Assembly: GCA_036172245.1 (NCBI GenBank)
Contig: JAYWIR010000039.1
Coordinates: 1,674,001-1,738,000 of the forward strand
Length of the DNA stretch: 64,000 bases
Direction: 5' to 3'
From: Raillietiella orientalis
Taxonomy: Eukaryota
A program made the translations under genes and the position numbers. Shown one piece after another: positions 39,800 to 54,069 of this stretch. Below the pieces are notes generated by a model. The model worked only from the letters and a program-made list of their open reading frames with translations. It had not been told where the DNA came from and did no database searches. How positions within the stretch are numbered: the first letter of the stretch is position 1; each line of letters begins with the position of its first letter.

Positions 39800-42050
39800 A
39801 GAATCAATCAGCAGCTCGAGAAAGGACCAGACTTGAATAAATTATTCCCTCCAAAATCCGGAAAGTTATGATTCCGTATCATTGGAGGGCAAATTATGGG
39901 ACGATTCACAATGGAGCGTAGAGCACTTCTTGGGCCTCTTGGAAGGTCAGCCCCTTCCACATAATCCTCTGAGTACATTCAGTCTTTGAGGTTTCTCCGG
40001 AGAGTCGGCAATCAGGTCTGGTCACATGCTGCTCTTTCCAGGCACGAGACGTTTGTCCCTAACGGCGTTCGCTGGTTTGAATCTGGTCTCGATTTTCCAG
40101 CGCACCGGCTCGGTGGGCACGGTTGCTTCACTGCGCGACGAACCCTGATTGGACTTGTAGTCCCTGAACTGGATTTTTCTGGAGGTTGCATTCCTTTCTG
40201 TCGTTACTTTGATGGAACATTCCCCGATCTTTGCTTCTCCCAGAGAACGCGCGTGAGACCCAAAGACGTTGGCTAGGTAGATGATGTAGGGATCCTGAGG
40301 CCCTTGTCCATCTCCTTCGAGGGTAGTGTGCGGAACCAGGTTCTGCTCCAATATCTCGTTGAAAAACATCCCTTTTTGTTCCGAGTAGATAATGTCGCTA
40401 TCTACTATCCTCTCCCGGAGCCCGCGGAACAAGCATTTCGAGTAGAACCTGAAAACCCAAGTTCAGTTTGTCAGTTGATCTCCATATTAACATGGCAGTT
40501 GATTCCTACTAATGGGAAGAATTTTTTTGATTTCTTGAAGCAAATGTGAATTATGAAGGTTAACAATGCTTTCTCTCCTTCTACAGCCCCCCATCCTGAG
40601 CAGATAAGACCGCCTATTCCCGGAGAGGAGTTTTCAGCATTCCGGAGGATTCCTATTACCCTCTCCGGAGTTAACGACCGTTGATCAAGACTGTGTCACT
40701 CTTTCCGTTCTTGAAATCATGCGTCAGAGATGCACCCAATGTCAACTATGTTGGAAATTTTTCGGCGAAGGACTCTTTGATATCATCTGCCGACAAACCG
40801 GAAGTATCATCATTATGTAATCATCTTTATTTCTCTTATCCTGTTGACTTTGGATTGCTTTCGTACCTCCGATGGGTTTTCTTCCTCCAGTCTCATTCCC
40901 TGGGCCTCTTGATTTTCCGCAGCGTTTCGCGGATCCTTCCGAGGACTTTGTTGAGGCGATTCTCGAAGTCTTCCCATAGGAAGGCTTCCTACTTTCATGA
41001 CGTTTGTCGTTTTATTTTTGCAAGTCGGAATTTTATCGTCGGCTGCATCTTGCCGGAAATCCGTGGATCGCTTTTCGGTTACAAAGTCCGCAGATGTCGG
41101 ACATCATCGCCGAATTGTTCGCCCTATGTCTGAGGGGAAGGGCCCTGAGTTGACAAAGCATTCCCTCGCTAAGGAATCGCATGGAGCCTTGATGGCGAAG
41201 CAACTTGCTCAGTGTTCTCGGTCCTGTTGTTTCGTAGAGCCCCAATAGATTATCCAGCTTTCAGCGCGTGTGCCCAGTCGAGTATGAGCAGAGAAAAGGC
41301 GACGTTTGTGTTGCTCAGGAAGGAGACAGGAGGACAGAATAGTCCCACAGTTGAGACCCAACTGCAGTCAAAGAAAATCCTGAAAATTGAAAGATGGCTT
41401 GCTCTTCTTGTTGTTTTCGTTGAGTGGTTTTGTCTGTGATTTTCTCTTGAAGATCTCAGATGGATCCTTTAGTAGGTAAGCTGCAACGACGGGCAGCTTC
41501 CTCTACTTTTGTCTCTTCTTCTTCAGATGATAGTAGGATGACGTCATAGATGTTTGTTGCTGATCCAGACTGCGTCGCCCTTCTAGTACTCCAATTGTTA
41601 TAGTTGACGAAGGCTGCTGCTGAGAAATGGATCCTACATCCCGATGCTGTGACAGAAAATTCTGTTTCGGGAGAGATCAGAAGTTCAGTTATCGGTTTGA
41701 GATATTCTTATTGCAAAGATGATTCGAGTGCCTTAGGAGCCAAACCATCATTTACCAGCTTCTGCATCCGTGGAAGATGTGAATATCTTGGTGGTTGTGG
41801 ATTCCTCGGATTTTGCCCTGTATACCTGGAAGTTCAGGATTGTACGCTGAGTAATAAACCGGCAATTCTTATTTGCAGTAGCGTCTCTCCAGCTGTCTTT
41901 ACAGAGCCTAGAAATCCTGAAGGATCCTGAAAAATCAAGTCGCCGCAGCAATATTCTGCAGATCCACTCTGAAGGTCTTCGAATGGACCCCAACAAGCAT
42001 CGTAAAGAACATCTTTGGACAAACGCATGGTTTGGAGCACTGCTCGTAAA
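39800..42050 (-). mobile_element. Degenerate NeSL/Utopia-like (R2-group) retrotransposon, N-terminal part and RT
   Basis: AENSSPGIGGLICSGW (~40640-40590, cf. AENSAPGPDRLTYxHW), DSDIIYSEQKG...LEQN and YLANVFGS (ORF 40022-40432, cf. SPxQKGF...EHN, DxxNAFGS). Confidence 0.65.
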
Positions 42051-43349
42051 TGCACTATAACAGCAGCTGGATCTACCGTTCTGAGCCTATACCAGTAGTT
42101 TGTGCGAGAAACTTACTGCTTCCTCCAGAAGATGTGAAGCTAGAGAGATTACTATAATTCATCTGCAGATGAGGAAACTCATCGTGGAAACCCCCCGTGG
42201 AAACTCAGGTATAGCAACAGAATTTGTTCCATCACCAGCCTCGTTATCTTGCAATTAAGAAATGTACGTTAGCATCCGAGCAGCCACCTTTGCCACTCTT
42301 GCACTTCTTAAGATAGTATCAACATAACTGCTCCATTCCCTAAAGCACAACGGCGTGCATCCAGGGAACTTTTGAAAGTTCAATACGAATTTATGGACTA
42401 AAATAAAACCAACTAATTGTTACAAAACATGCTTGCACATACAGAATTTCATTATTCCATTTCATTAAATTATGTTAAGAACAGTCATCATTGATTACTC
42501 AGGAAACTGCATCAAAGAAAAATGCAAGAGGAAATAATAGGCACAATTGCCTTGATTACACGCATCACTGAAAGGAAACTCCAAACATTGGCAATAACAA
42601 TCAATGCTGTATCAGTTTGGATTCTGATATTCTGATATATATCTAAGCTTATCATTTATGAAAGATAGAAGTAAAATGAGGCTTCAATTTCCCACTGTAC
42701 ACTAGAATTTAACTCATATTCCCCCCATGAGACGAGGTCTATATCCATCTTATTAGGACTGAAGGAAGATTTTACTGAACCACCTTAGTCACTGCATCTG
42801 CTACATAAGTGAGAATCTGTGAGACATCACATACCCGGACGTCCAATATCTTCTACTTCTCTTACTCACCTAGATCTGCGGCTCTTCTTGCCGCTCTCCT
42901 CTCACCTCGCTACTTCCATGGAACTCATCCAACATCTCCATCCCGATTCCGCCACCTACTCTTCCCCATGATCATCTCTGGACTCCTTCTCCGCGAGGTC
43001 TCGAGGCGTGCCCAGGGAAACGCATTCTTGCCAAAGTCAAGCAAGGATGGCTGTGTCGAGGAATGCTTTTGCAGCCGTCATCACCATCTTGTCTGCTTTC
43101 AAGGTGCGCGCGCGCATCTCTAGATCGCAGCCTTCTCAACATCCGGTTATGCAGGGCGTTTTTACTAATTAATAGCAATAAACTTATAATGTATAGTAAT
43201 TTCACAGCTCCTACCCATTCTGGTAATAATAACAGAAATGGAGAATGCCGCAACCCAGCTACGTCGCCAGGAAGATCCGCATTGAATACAGTGGGGAGAA
43301 GAACGGAAAATAAGTAAATAACTGTAAAATAATGTATCTTTGGGAGGGA

Positions 43350-44400
43350 GCGACAGGGAAGGGATCTCATTCTGTTTCCGGATTGCATTTTCCGAGGAAT
43401 GCCGGTAAGTTCTTCATGATGACTAGCCAGGTGACACCAACTCGGCGCAATCTCGCAACCTGCAGGCAGCAGATGGCGAGGTAGGTGGCGTCCCTGTCGG
43501 CACGTTCATCTTCTGAGGGATTCCAGGTCGCTACTACTATCCTGCGGAGGCAGCAGAGACTGCCAGAGTTCGCCGCTATAGGTGGCATCGCACTCGTTTC
43601 TTTAAGATGTCTCGGAGGCTGCACGCCGGCAAGCGGAGGGATCAAACATTCTTAAGTTGGCCGGGAGCCACCCATTCCTCAACCACAGGAAGATTCTACT
43701 TTTCCGCGCCCGACACAGTTCGGAGACAGATCGCAGCCTTGTAAACAGTTTTACTTGATCTGAAGGAGCAGCTGCTGCGCGATAAGTCCTGGGTTGGCCC
43801 ATGGAGCTCACCTGCCGCTGACGACTGGTTCAGCTCCTTGAGCCGGTCGGCCGCCCTTCTACAGCGAACCGGACGATGCTCCTTTGCCGACGCCACGTGC
43901 TGACACGCGACGTGCGTCCGCAAACTTCGCGCACCTACTAAGGGATTGAGGCTTCGCGCGTGGAAATGTCCGGCACATGTACTCCAGCCACACGCAGACC
44001 ATCAGACCTTAGGAGCCATCCACCCTCCGCTGGCACGGCGCCTTCGTTAGGGCGGAGAGCATCCCATCCCCCGCTTCGGAACGATGCGCCGATCCGCAAC
44101 ACGAAAACGAGCTTAAGGCCCCAAGTTGAGGGTGACATGGTGAAGATTGACCTGAGGTGAGATGGCACCGTCACAAGGTACCCGAGACCCTCCGAATCAC
44201 TTCTTGTTCATTTGTTCACTGATTGACTGATTTGTACCAGAAGGGCGACCTGTGTAAAAAAGCTGACATGCGTGCCAGCAATTTCTCCTGACCTTGCGAG
44301 AGGCCCGAAGAAACAAACTAGCGCACAGGATCCTTCCCATTTGCAAGGGACGTCCCATTTTGACGAACTTGTTTCCCAATTTTCTGCATGTTTATTTTTT
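43350..44400 (-). mobile_element. Degenerate NeSL/Utopia-like retrotransposon C-terminal (REL endonuclease) fragment
   Basis: KFADARRVSAR (~43925, cf. RFADWRFVHRAR) and RIVVATWNPSEDE...ATYLAICC (~43545-43470, cf. IVVGxLGxWDPxND...YL); GC-rich. Confidence 0.55.
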
Positions 44401-45499
44401 TAATGGGACGGTGTGACAGGGTGAGGACGGAGGGTTCCGCAGCAACCAGCTGAAAATAAGGGGCAGCAACCATCGGCCATTGCCGGGGTCCTCATCCTAG
44501 CTGAAAGTGCAGGCTGCGTATGCTCAGGTTGTCGGCGAACGGAAACGCTTATCAAAATCAACCACAAACAACCGTAATGACCTGTTCGACTTCGAATTAT
44601 TAACAAGCATATTCATTTGAATGATGGAGTTTGCAAACTCTTGTAAACAACAAATACTGAAGTTGGCTGCTGAAATCTTCGCAACCGCGTTCCACTGTAA
44701 TGCATCGGACATATCAAGGCATTCCAGGGATCACCATCCCCGAATTTGTTTTCGAATTGTGGCATCCTGAAAATTGTGACCCCTAGTAAAAAGCTAATTT
44801 GCCCTCTTTTATAAAGCGTTATTTTCCAAACCAAATTGTCTCGTTGGAACAAAGATCATTTATGTTTCCCTCGTACTTGGGCCTTTCTGGAGTCAGTACA
44901 ACTGGAAAATTATCTGCATTTGTTTTGTGCTTTTATTACTTTCGACTTCAGTACGTCGAGTGACCTAAATGTGCTAAGAGTTTCCCACCTCTTCCTATCT
45001 GATGATAAATTTAACATTTGCATTCAGCCATTTCCTGTTGAACCAGAAAAACACTGAAAACTGCAACAATGGTACCAAAATAACCAAAACACTTATTTAC
45101 TCATGGGAGTTTCAAAACCGGATTACATAAAACATGGCTATTCCTCAGATTTCTATCTTTTTCTATTTTCTTCATTGCTGGCAGCAACCGTAACTTTTGA
45201 ATTAATCTTGAAATTAAATAAAATCAAAGTCTGTCGGTATTTGATGTGAAATTTTAAATTCTTATTGAAAAATTAATGCACATTGCGGATGCGCTCAAAT
45301 TAAGAAATTTCATGACTGCTAAATAGTACAAACAGACGTTAATACACACTCTATTTTGCAACGCCACATACCTATTTGCCATTGTGAATTAACAAATGGC
45401 AACCGTATTCACTTCTGTTTTTCGTTTTTTGCAAGCATGTACTAGTTTAACTAAAAAAATCAATTAAAATTCGAAAATCAATCAAAGGCAAAGTTCACT

Positions 45500-45760
45500 A
45501 TCACCGGCCACCATCCACCGTACCAACCACTACTTACCCCTAAAACCCCCCTAATCAACTCCTCATCTCGTATCAACAAGAAATAATCCTTTAGTACCCA
45601 AAATTAATATTCTCATAAACTAATTCTTGCCACCCAAATATACTAACTACCCATTCTCATCATTACTACACCCCTTCCTCACAATAACACATAAAACCTA
45701 CAATATATCAAAATACCTCAACATATATACATCAACCTACTGATAACATGGCAACACCCT
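45500..45760 (-). pseudogene. Probable nuclear mitochondrial insertion (NUMT), possibly the ND5 3' region
   Basis: Only 4 G in 180 nt of + strand (45541-45720). The minus strand in the invertebrate mitochondrial code gives hydrophobic fragments including MLILGTKGLFLVDTSW followed by a G-rich stretch. Confidence 0.55.
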
Positions 45761-46333
45761 TTGCCATCATATAATTACACACATTTTGGGATATGGAAAG
45801 CACATGTACAGGGAATTAAAATGTAGAAACTTATTAATATTACCTAATAATCCTAATTATGCTACCACTATTATGATAAACTCATAAAGATAAATACTTT
45901 GAAAACTTTTCATAAAGTTAATAACATAAAAATAACTTTTCCTTAAGTAAACAAATCAATACTGCTTTCAACATATAAGCATTCTAATCCAATTACAAAT
46001 TCATCTTTTTGTTTGCACAAAACTGCTAGTACTTTACTGGATAACACAGCTGTCATAGTACGGATTAATTACCTACAATTTTATCTTAGCACAGTGTGCT
46101 CACAGTTAAACTTTGCACTTTGCAAAAACATATCGTATTTGGTACATCCTGAAATTCATGGTATTATTTTGCTATTCCAATAGAATTCAATAACTGGCTT
46201 TCTGTAAAATTCCAAAATCACATTATGCGTGGCACCATCAATGACCACATCACTCAGCACTTAATGGTTGGCATTTAATGGGCACAAAAATAAATAACAA
46301 ACATTACAAATGATGTCCTATATGCCATAAAAA

Positions 46334-48011
46334 TTAATACGTTAAAACAGTTCTGTGAACCTGTATATCACTTCTAATAAATGTATAAACACCAAAAAAT
46401 GGGCAACAGAATCTCCTCAAGGCTTCATATATTTCTGAAGGTGTGATGGCAGTCTGACATGTAAGTTTCCTACTAATGCTTGTATCAATCTAAGAATAGA
46501 CAAACATTATTATTTCAAGATGCATATGTTGTCTTACAATTTTTTTTCTGTTCATAGTTGAACTTTTGCCAACACTCCCTGGACTAGATGGTGAAGAATC
46601 CAGCTGGGGTTTATGTGCATCATCACCAGAAATATCTTTGCCAGAAGACTAAAAGAAACCAGTCCAAAAATGAAAAGAAGAATTGGAACTCCAATTATGT
46701 ATAAAGAAAATTAAAATTAAACAAATGTTCTTGAAACTGAGTAAACAATACCTTGAATAGTTCAGGTTTCCTCAAAAATGGAAAGTCTGGATTAACACAA
46801 TTATATGGCATGAGATTGAGCAAAGGATTGTCAGTGACTGCAAATGCATCCTTTTTCACCAGTAATGCTAAGTCCACAATTTGGGCTACAGTTTCATATG
46901 CTAAATAATGAAGAATTTCAAGAGCAACTGCACTCAATTTCATCTCTGCACAGTTATCTTTGATCACCCAATCTCTAAATCGGTTAAGTTTGAATCTTTT
47001 GCAGAAGGAAGTTCTTCTAGCTTCTGCATATTCCAAATAACGTTCAGGAGAAAGAAGCTGTGATTTGATATCAGCTCTTAGCTCTCTTTCTAATTTAATT
47101 TCATCTGTACTATTGCTGCTGCTTAACATGGATAAGAATTCCCCAGTGCAATCGATAGTTTTCAGGAACTCTATGCACAAGGATCGTCTTTTTGTATTTG
47201 ACACTTCCTTAAAGAAACATTAACAAATTACAGTCTTAACACAAATGCTTATGGAACTATTATCAAGAAATCTGATCAAAACTGACTAGTTCCATATTTA
47301 GGCTATGAAAAAGAAAAGTGTTTGTACTATTAACAATTACATCTACTATTGGATAGACTACTTTCAAGTTGGGTGCAAACTTAATCTAATGGAGGAATAA
47401 CTAATCAACATGATAATGAAAACATACAGAATAAAATACCAGACTTGAAAGGAACCTGATAACACCAGTCATTTTTTGAAACAAAATATTAACTGATGCA
47501 GTTCAATTTTACGGATTTCTCTTCAGCCAAAAACAAACAAAAAACAAACTCCCAATGAATAACAAGACATGACAAACTTCAAACCTGCAAAGAATTTGGC
47601 ATTGCAAAAGCAATATCGCAACTTTCACGAACTGAAGTCTTTGAGACGGATGTCTTGAGATCTTTAAGACCTAATACACCTTGTAGTCATTATTTTAATA
47701 CAAAGTGACATACAGAGATACTTAATGAGCCTTTTCAATTTGTTTCTGTCGTGCCTCATAAGAAACAAAAGTTCATTTAATCCAATAATTTTCACATTAT
47801 TCATTGACGCAATTTCGGATGCTTGGAACAAAATCGAAGTTAGCTGCTGATGAACAATTTTTTCTATCAATTTCACAGAATCCAGAAGTGGTCTTCTGCA
47901 GTCACCAAGGCCATACATCATGTCTTGTATTTCTAAAACAATCTCACACGTCAAGCATATTTCAGTAGGAGCTACCTTACCAGAAATATACCATCCTGAT
48001 GTATCTGACAT
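46334..48011 (-). CDS. SUPT3H: Transcription initiation protein SPT3 homolog (SAGA subunit), multi-exon
   Basis: EIQDMMYGLGDCRRPLLDSVKLIEKIVHQQL...LLFLMRHDRNKLKRLIKYL, ERLERADIKSQLLSPERYLEYAEARRTSF-like segment (KLERELRAD...YAEARRTSF), EILHYLAYETVAQIVDLALLVK. The last exon AITPSEIYEALRRF ends in TAA at 46336-46334. Confidence 0.93.
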
Positions 48012-50652
48012 TCTCTAATGATTAAGGGCACTTTGTCCTTAAAGTGCACACCCGCTATGACTTACTAGTATTTGTTTTTACCCCCCTCCCTCTACGAATC
48101 CAAATCGTAACAGGAGAATAAAAAATGTGATTGAGTAGATTGGCAGCAGAGTTATGGCTGAATGTTGGCGGATTGATTACCACAGTTGAAACTGTAATGC
48201 ATTAAATAGGAGATGACGCCACCACTTGTTTGCATGCATACAATTTATACGTTGAACAACGTAGCAATCGGTTAACCTTTGGCAAATATTTCACTTAATC
48301 CTGACTAAAATAACACTGCTACGGTTCATAACTTGTAACTTTTCGAAAAAAAACTAGAAAATCACCTATGCTATTCCCTCTTGCACTCACTTGATCTCAG
48401 CTCTCCTTAACAAAACATTCCTATCTATGCACAAAAACCTTTCCTTGGATGTAGTTAATGATAACCCGATTTTATTTCAAATCGGAGCGATTCGATTTAC
48501 GATCATTTTTTTAGAGAAAACGTGCGCTGGAGGGCATGGTCAGGGTACTAAATTCGATGTTACTACAGTGGTGCTTTAATATGAAAAATGTGAATCGTAA
48601 ATTAAACTTTGCTCAGAAGAAAACAAAATAACTCATGACGCTGTAATCGCACAATTCATTTATTGAGTATAGGTGAAATTTCTCACATCTCCCACAGAGA
48701 GTTCGAATTTCATGTCAAGAAGCAGCCCACTTGGTTGAATACTCGAAATTCTTCCTTAGTACCGACGGTACTAAGGAAACGGTACTTCCCACCAACGGCG
48801 AATTTTCCATTCCGCATTCGCATATGGAAGTTCTTTTCGAGAAAGGGGAACGTTCGCTTTCGTGTAGATTTATGGTGGCGATTCCTAAAATTTCCATCGT
48901 ATTGGGACAATCCCATTTTTCGTATTCCTTGAATATCCTATTCTGAATTCCGAATATATTACCTCGAACTGCACTGTGATGAATTGCTTCACGGAGTTTT
49001 TAATAAATTGGACAACTGAGCAATCTGTAAACGATTCGAAAATTTTCATTCTTGCCTAAAACATTACTGAATCACAGATATTTGTGTAAATTTTTTGGCA
49101 CGATTTTTAAATATGCCAGCTTCCAATAAAAATAATTATCACATTGAAAGGAGAAGATGATAAGAGATGAAATAGCAACGTATTACTTAGGGATCTTTCA
49201 GCGATTAGCTATTCGTGTGATAATGCTAAGAATAGTTATTCTGAAAGTGTACAGCAATCAAATTAATAAGAGCTAATTTTTCATGCTGATTTCCCTTTAC
49301 ATTTCTTTCTATGTGTTAATTTCTCAAATCAAAAAGTACAGACAAAATGCCAAGTCGAATGTTTACACATTCGGCTTGGCATTTTAAATCCTAGCATAAA
49401 TCTGTTTTCCAACAAATCTGCGAATATTGCATGATGATTTAAATTACATACAAAGAAAGTATAAATCAGCAAGTGTTCGTTTTCCTTTCTTATGTCTTGG
49501 AGTTTTGAATATTCGCTAGCAAGTTTCAAGATGAGTACATAATCATGAGCACAGTATTTACCTGCCAATCAAAGTATGCAAGCATATTGCTAACACCTTC
49601 AAATACATGGTGCTGAAAAATCTCAAGATTGATTATTTCACAGATAAATAATTCTTAAGTATGGGAGTGCTACTTTATACATACGCTCTAACATCTTGAA
49701 AACTTACCAAATGAATTATATCGATATGCTACGCGAAAAAAAATGATGCAAATTTGAGGAAATACATCTATATAAGCCTTAATTCTGATTAGTTTTTGCA
49801 AAATTCTGAAAAACTGTCAACAAAAGCAGAAATGATTGTTTGGATTATTAAGTTACACAAAGGCAGTAATTCTTGTCCGAAGTTGTTGGAACATTACGAG
49901 TTTCTACGGATAAGTGTGTTTGCTGTCCTGTATGAAATTGGTATACGGTTGTTTGTGTTTTGATTCTTAAGCAGTTGAATGAAGTGAATGACAACCTATT
50001 CGCTATGTTACGTATGTCGTGCATGGCGTGCAATGGAAATTATTGTTTGAATTTGTATTTCAGAAATTAGTTAACTACGTGGAAATTCAAATCAGTTGCG
50101 TTCGTGAAAGTTCAAGTGTGCATTTTGACTTGCATTTCATTTTGTGTATAAGAAATGGAGTTCTTCGTTTAAACATTTTCTTAACTTTGTGGAGCGTTTG
50201 TGCGTTCAGAATTTTCATGACTTTCGTTCGCGAGAAATTTTTGTAAATATTCAAATGTTTTCATCTAATTGGAAAAAAAGTTTACAAATAGACGTTCATT
50301 AAAATAAGAGGACGAATAGTGAATAGGGATGTTGGGGTGTTTCCTAAATATAAAGTAAGCGTGTGCCACTGGATACTATGTTCTTTTGTAAGTCTTTGAT
50401 TATTTAACAAGATGATAATGTATTGATAAAGATTTTCTCGAGTTTAATTTTTATCTACTGATCTGGAAATCTTTAAATTCTAAAATCTACGTTTTTATAA
50501 TTGTATCCGATTAATGGATTTTTATCAGTGCAATTATTTAATCCATGCAGTTTTGCTTCCAATAATAACTGAAAATAAGTCCATACTGATAGCCTAATCC
50601 TTTTAACTAGATGTAGCTCTTATTTGGAAAGAGCATGTGAATTTTTTTTGAA

Positions 50653-53357
50653 ATGCCTCCACATCCAGGTGCCATGTATGATGAGCATAATACCCATACA
50701 AGGAATCAAGTTATTAGTGCTACTTCTTCACAGATGTACGGAAGCCCAGTTATATTTAATAATGAAAATTTATGTTTTCCTTCAAATTTGTATACTGCCA
50801 CACCCTCTGCTCACAAAAGCAACCAGGTGTTTTCTTTTCCTTCTACTCATTTATTGTCTTTAAATCTGGAAAAAAAAATGCTAAATTTCTTGGGAAGTTC
50901 TATGTGTACATTACACAGCCCTCTACCAGCTTCAGAATCAAATGGAAATGCGTGCATACCAAAACTTAAAAGAACATGGCTGGAAAGGCATTCACAGCAT
51001 ATTGATGAATATGGGCAGTCTTTCTCTGATAGATGTGATTCTTTTCTAGCATTTAAGGAACAATTAAACAGAGGTTACACTTTGGGAATGTCTACAGATC
51101 CATTTGTGCACAAAAGAAAATTTTGTCTTGAATCTTTTTTGGATAGTTCCACTTCTAAGCTTCAGATTAGCTCTAAGCTGGATGAAGCAAGGAGTAAAAA
51201 GAAATCTTCAAATACATTTTTGCAAGATGGCCCTTGTTGGCAAGTTGCCCCTCACCTTCAGATGTGTAGAGAATGTCAACAACAAGAAAAAGATCCTAAT
51301 GAAATGGGTATTTTTTGTCGATTTGTAGCTTTTCGCCGACTTTGCCATTCAGATGGCATATTGAGGGAAGCAGGATTTTCAAGATTAGAACAAGACTGTC
51401 GGCAAGAAGATTTACAGCTATGGTTACCAGATCTTCGCAATCCTACAAGATGCTTTGCTGCAGACACAGCTAGGTTTTTAATTGGTTGTGTAGGACATCA
51501 GTTATGCGATTTGGCTTGCAAAGAACAAGGAACCTTGCTAGGAAGATTGCCTTATTGGAGACGGGCTGTTCCTGGTGTCCGAGAAATGTGTGATGTGTGT
51601 CAAACCACCATATTCAATGCACACTGGGTTTGTGAGCACTGTGGTTTTGTTGTGTGTCCTGACTGTTTTCAATCACGCCTTGAGAATGGTGCTGCCACAT
51701 TTGATGACGATATCCAGACTCAGGAATCAGATAACAAGGATAGATATCAGTGGCTTATGTGTGACAAGTATACACAACATGACCCTTCCCAGTTATTGCT
51801 GGCACAAATCATAGCTAATGATGCATTGGCGCAATTAAATGAGATGGCACATGAACTCATCAGCAGAATGGGTCTTTCCTATCAGTGTAGCTGTGCATCT
51901 CCTCAGCAGCCTGTTCATACTCCTTATACCCAAGATTATATGTCCCATTGGTTAAGGGATGCTATTCAGGATAGTTATGAGGTAAGAAATTCAGTATATC
52001 AGTAATATGCTTCTTTTATATTTAGGAAGAAAAAAATCAGAAGCAAGTGCAACGAAATTCTTCTTTACGTCAGTTTTTACTGCATGATAAGCCTCTCAGT
52101 CCTCTCAGTCCCAATCCACCATTTGTGAAAAATGACAGTCTGTATTCCCTGTCAGCACTTGGTTGTGAATTTCTCCCTCCCCATTCTATGACTTTAACTC
52201 AGTCACACACCCTGTACCCTGATGTGCCTCATTCATGGTTGTGTGATGGGCAGCTGCTGCTGCTGCATGACCCCCTTTGTCATCATAATTCCATTTTATT
52301 TCGTGAACAGTGGAGACGTGGTCAGCCTGTAATGGTTAGTGGCATACAACATCGCCTGCGTTCTTCTTTGTGGACACCTGCTGCATTCTCACGGGATTTT
52401 GGTCATATTAGAAATGATCTCATAAATGTGCTGACAGGTTGCATTGTGGCAGATCAACCTATGCGTCGGTTCTGGGAAGGATTTGAAGACACACGGAGAG
52501 TTCTAAAAGATGAACATGGTTGTTCTATGGTCTTAAAACTTAAAGACTGGCCACCTTCTCATGACTTTGCAGAATTACTTCCTTCTCGTTTTCGTGATCT
52601 CAACCGTTGTCTTCCTCTTCCTGAATATACTAAAAGAGATGGAGCTCTCAATTTAGCAGCAAGGCTGCCTGATTCCATGGTGCGTCCAGATCTAGGCCCA
52701 AAATTGTACATAGCTTATGGTTGTGCTCATTATCCATCTATAGCCAGCACAAATTTGCATCTTGATATTTCAGATGCCACCAATATTATGGTGTATGTGT
52801 GTGCTCCAAAGGATGTTGATAGCCAAAAACAGAGAAAAAATGTACTGCTTGCACTAGATGAAGCAGGATGTGATGTGTTAACACTTCGCCGTGTTAGACA
52901 ACAGGGTGTTGTGCCTGGTGCTTTGTGGCATATATACCATCCATGTGATGCAGATAAAATCAGAGAGTTTTTGAATCGCATGGCCATTAAACTCGGACGA
53001 AAACTAGAATCTAATCATGACCCTATTCATGACCAGAGTTGGTATCTTGATGGACTTCTCAGGGAACAGCTTTATCATGACTACGGTGTAAGAGGCTATG
53101 CAATTGTACAGTGTCTTGGTGATGCAGTGTTTATACCAGCTGGTGCACCACATCAGGTGCGCAATTTGCTTAATTGCATTAAGGTGGCAGAAGATTTTGT
53201 GAGTCCAGAAAACGTATCACATTGTTTTCATTTAACTGAACAGTTTCGGCATCTTTCTGAAATGCATACCAATCATGAAGACAAACTTCAAATTAAAAAC
53301 ATTATTTATCATACAGTAAAAGATGCAGTTAGCGTGCTTCTTTCCACAAAGTCTTGA
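50653..53357 (+). CDS. KDM3: Lysine-specific demethylase KDM3/JMJD1 (H3K9me1/2), ~886 aa; exons 50653-51981 and 52026-53357
   Basis: FLQDGPC, FCRFVAFRRL, zinc finger VREMCDVCQTTIFNAHWVCEHCGFVVCPDC and JmjC (LKLKDWPP, TNLHLDISDA, GAPHQVRNL) with intact HxD...H. One 44-nt GT-AG intron joins the two ORFs in frame. Confidence 0.96.
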
Positions 53358-54069
53358 TGAGCACTGTTTTCAGCATAGTATATTCACATGTAATCATGCA
53401 AATAAGTTCTAAATATTTAAAGGTGACATAGACTAGCACTTAGCTGAATTTATATTATCAGGTTTATATTTATTATAGAATGAAAACTTGAAATAGTATC
53501 TGTTAGTTTGAGTCATAATGCAAGACTACATTTAAAAATTTGATTATAATTCAACTGTTTGTATTTATTTCCTGTCTCGAAATAAGATCACAAAACTACC
53601 TGGCAAAAATTTGACAATTGATGTTACACTACTGTAAATCTGTAAATGTATGCAAACTATTTTTCAAAAGATTTGTTTGAGATTTAATTGGATGAAAATG
53701 AAATCAACATTATTTTTGTATTGTATGAACAAATAAAAAATTTGAGGAATGAACAAAAACTAGGAAATATGATTCCGGAATTTTTTGAATTCTTTGATTC
53801 ATAAATACTGTGTGTATTAAATATTACATATTCATAAATAAATGTTTCTTTAAATTATTTAACGATCAAAATTTTAGCCATAACTTTGAATGGTATAGAT
53901 CACCATTATGAATCTTTAGTCTCAGTTTTCCGCATTCAATCAAAAGATTAAATTGTCATGGATGAGTCTACAGTTTCCAGAAATTTGGGCACAAATTTTC
54001 TGTATATAAATGGAATAATTTTTTTTTTTATTATTATTATTTAAAAAAAAAAAAACACCTCAACTTTCC

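Noticed and set aside
48663..48946. Harbinger-like transposase fragment (EKWDCPN)
   Set aside because: A single weak motif with no DGKH-type core.
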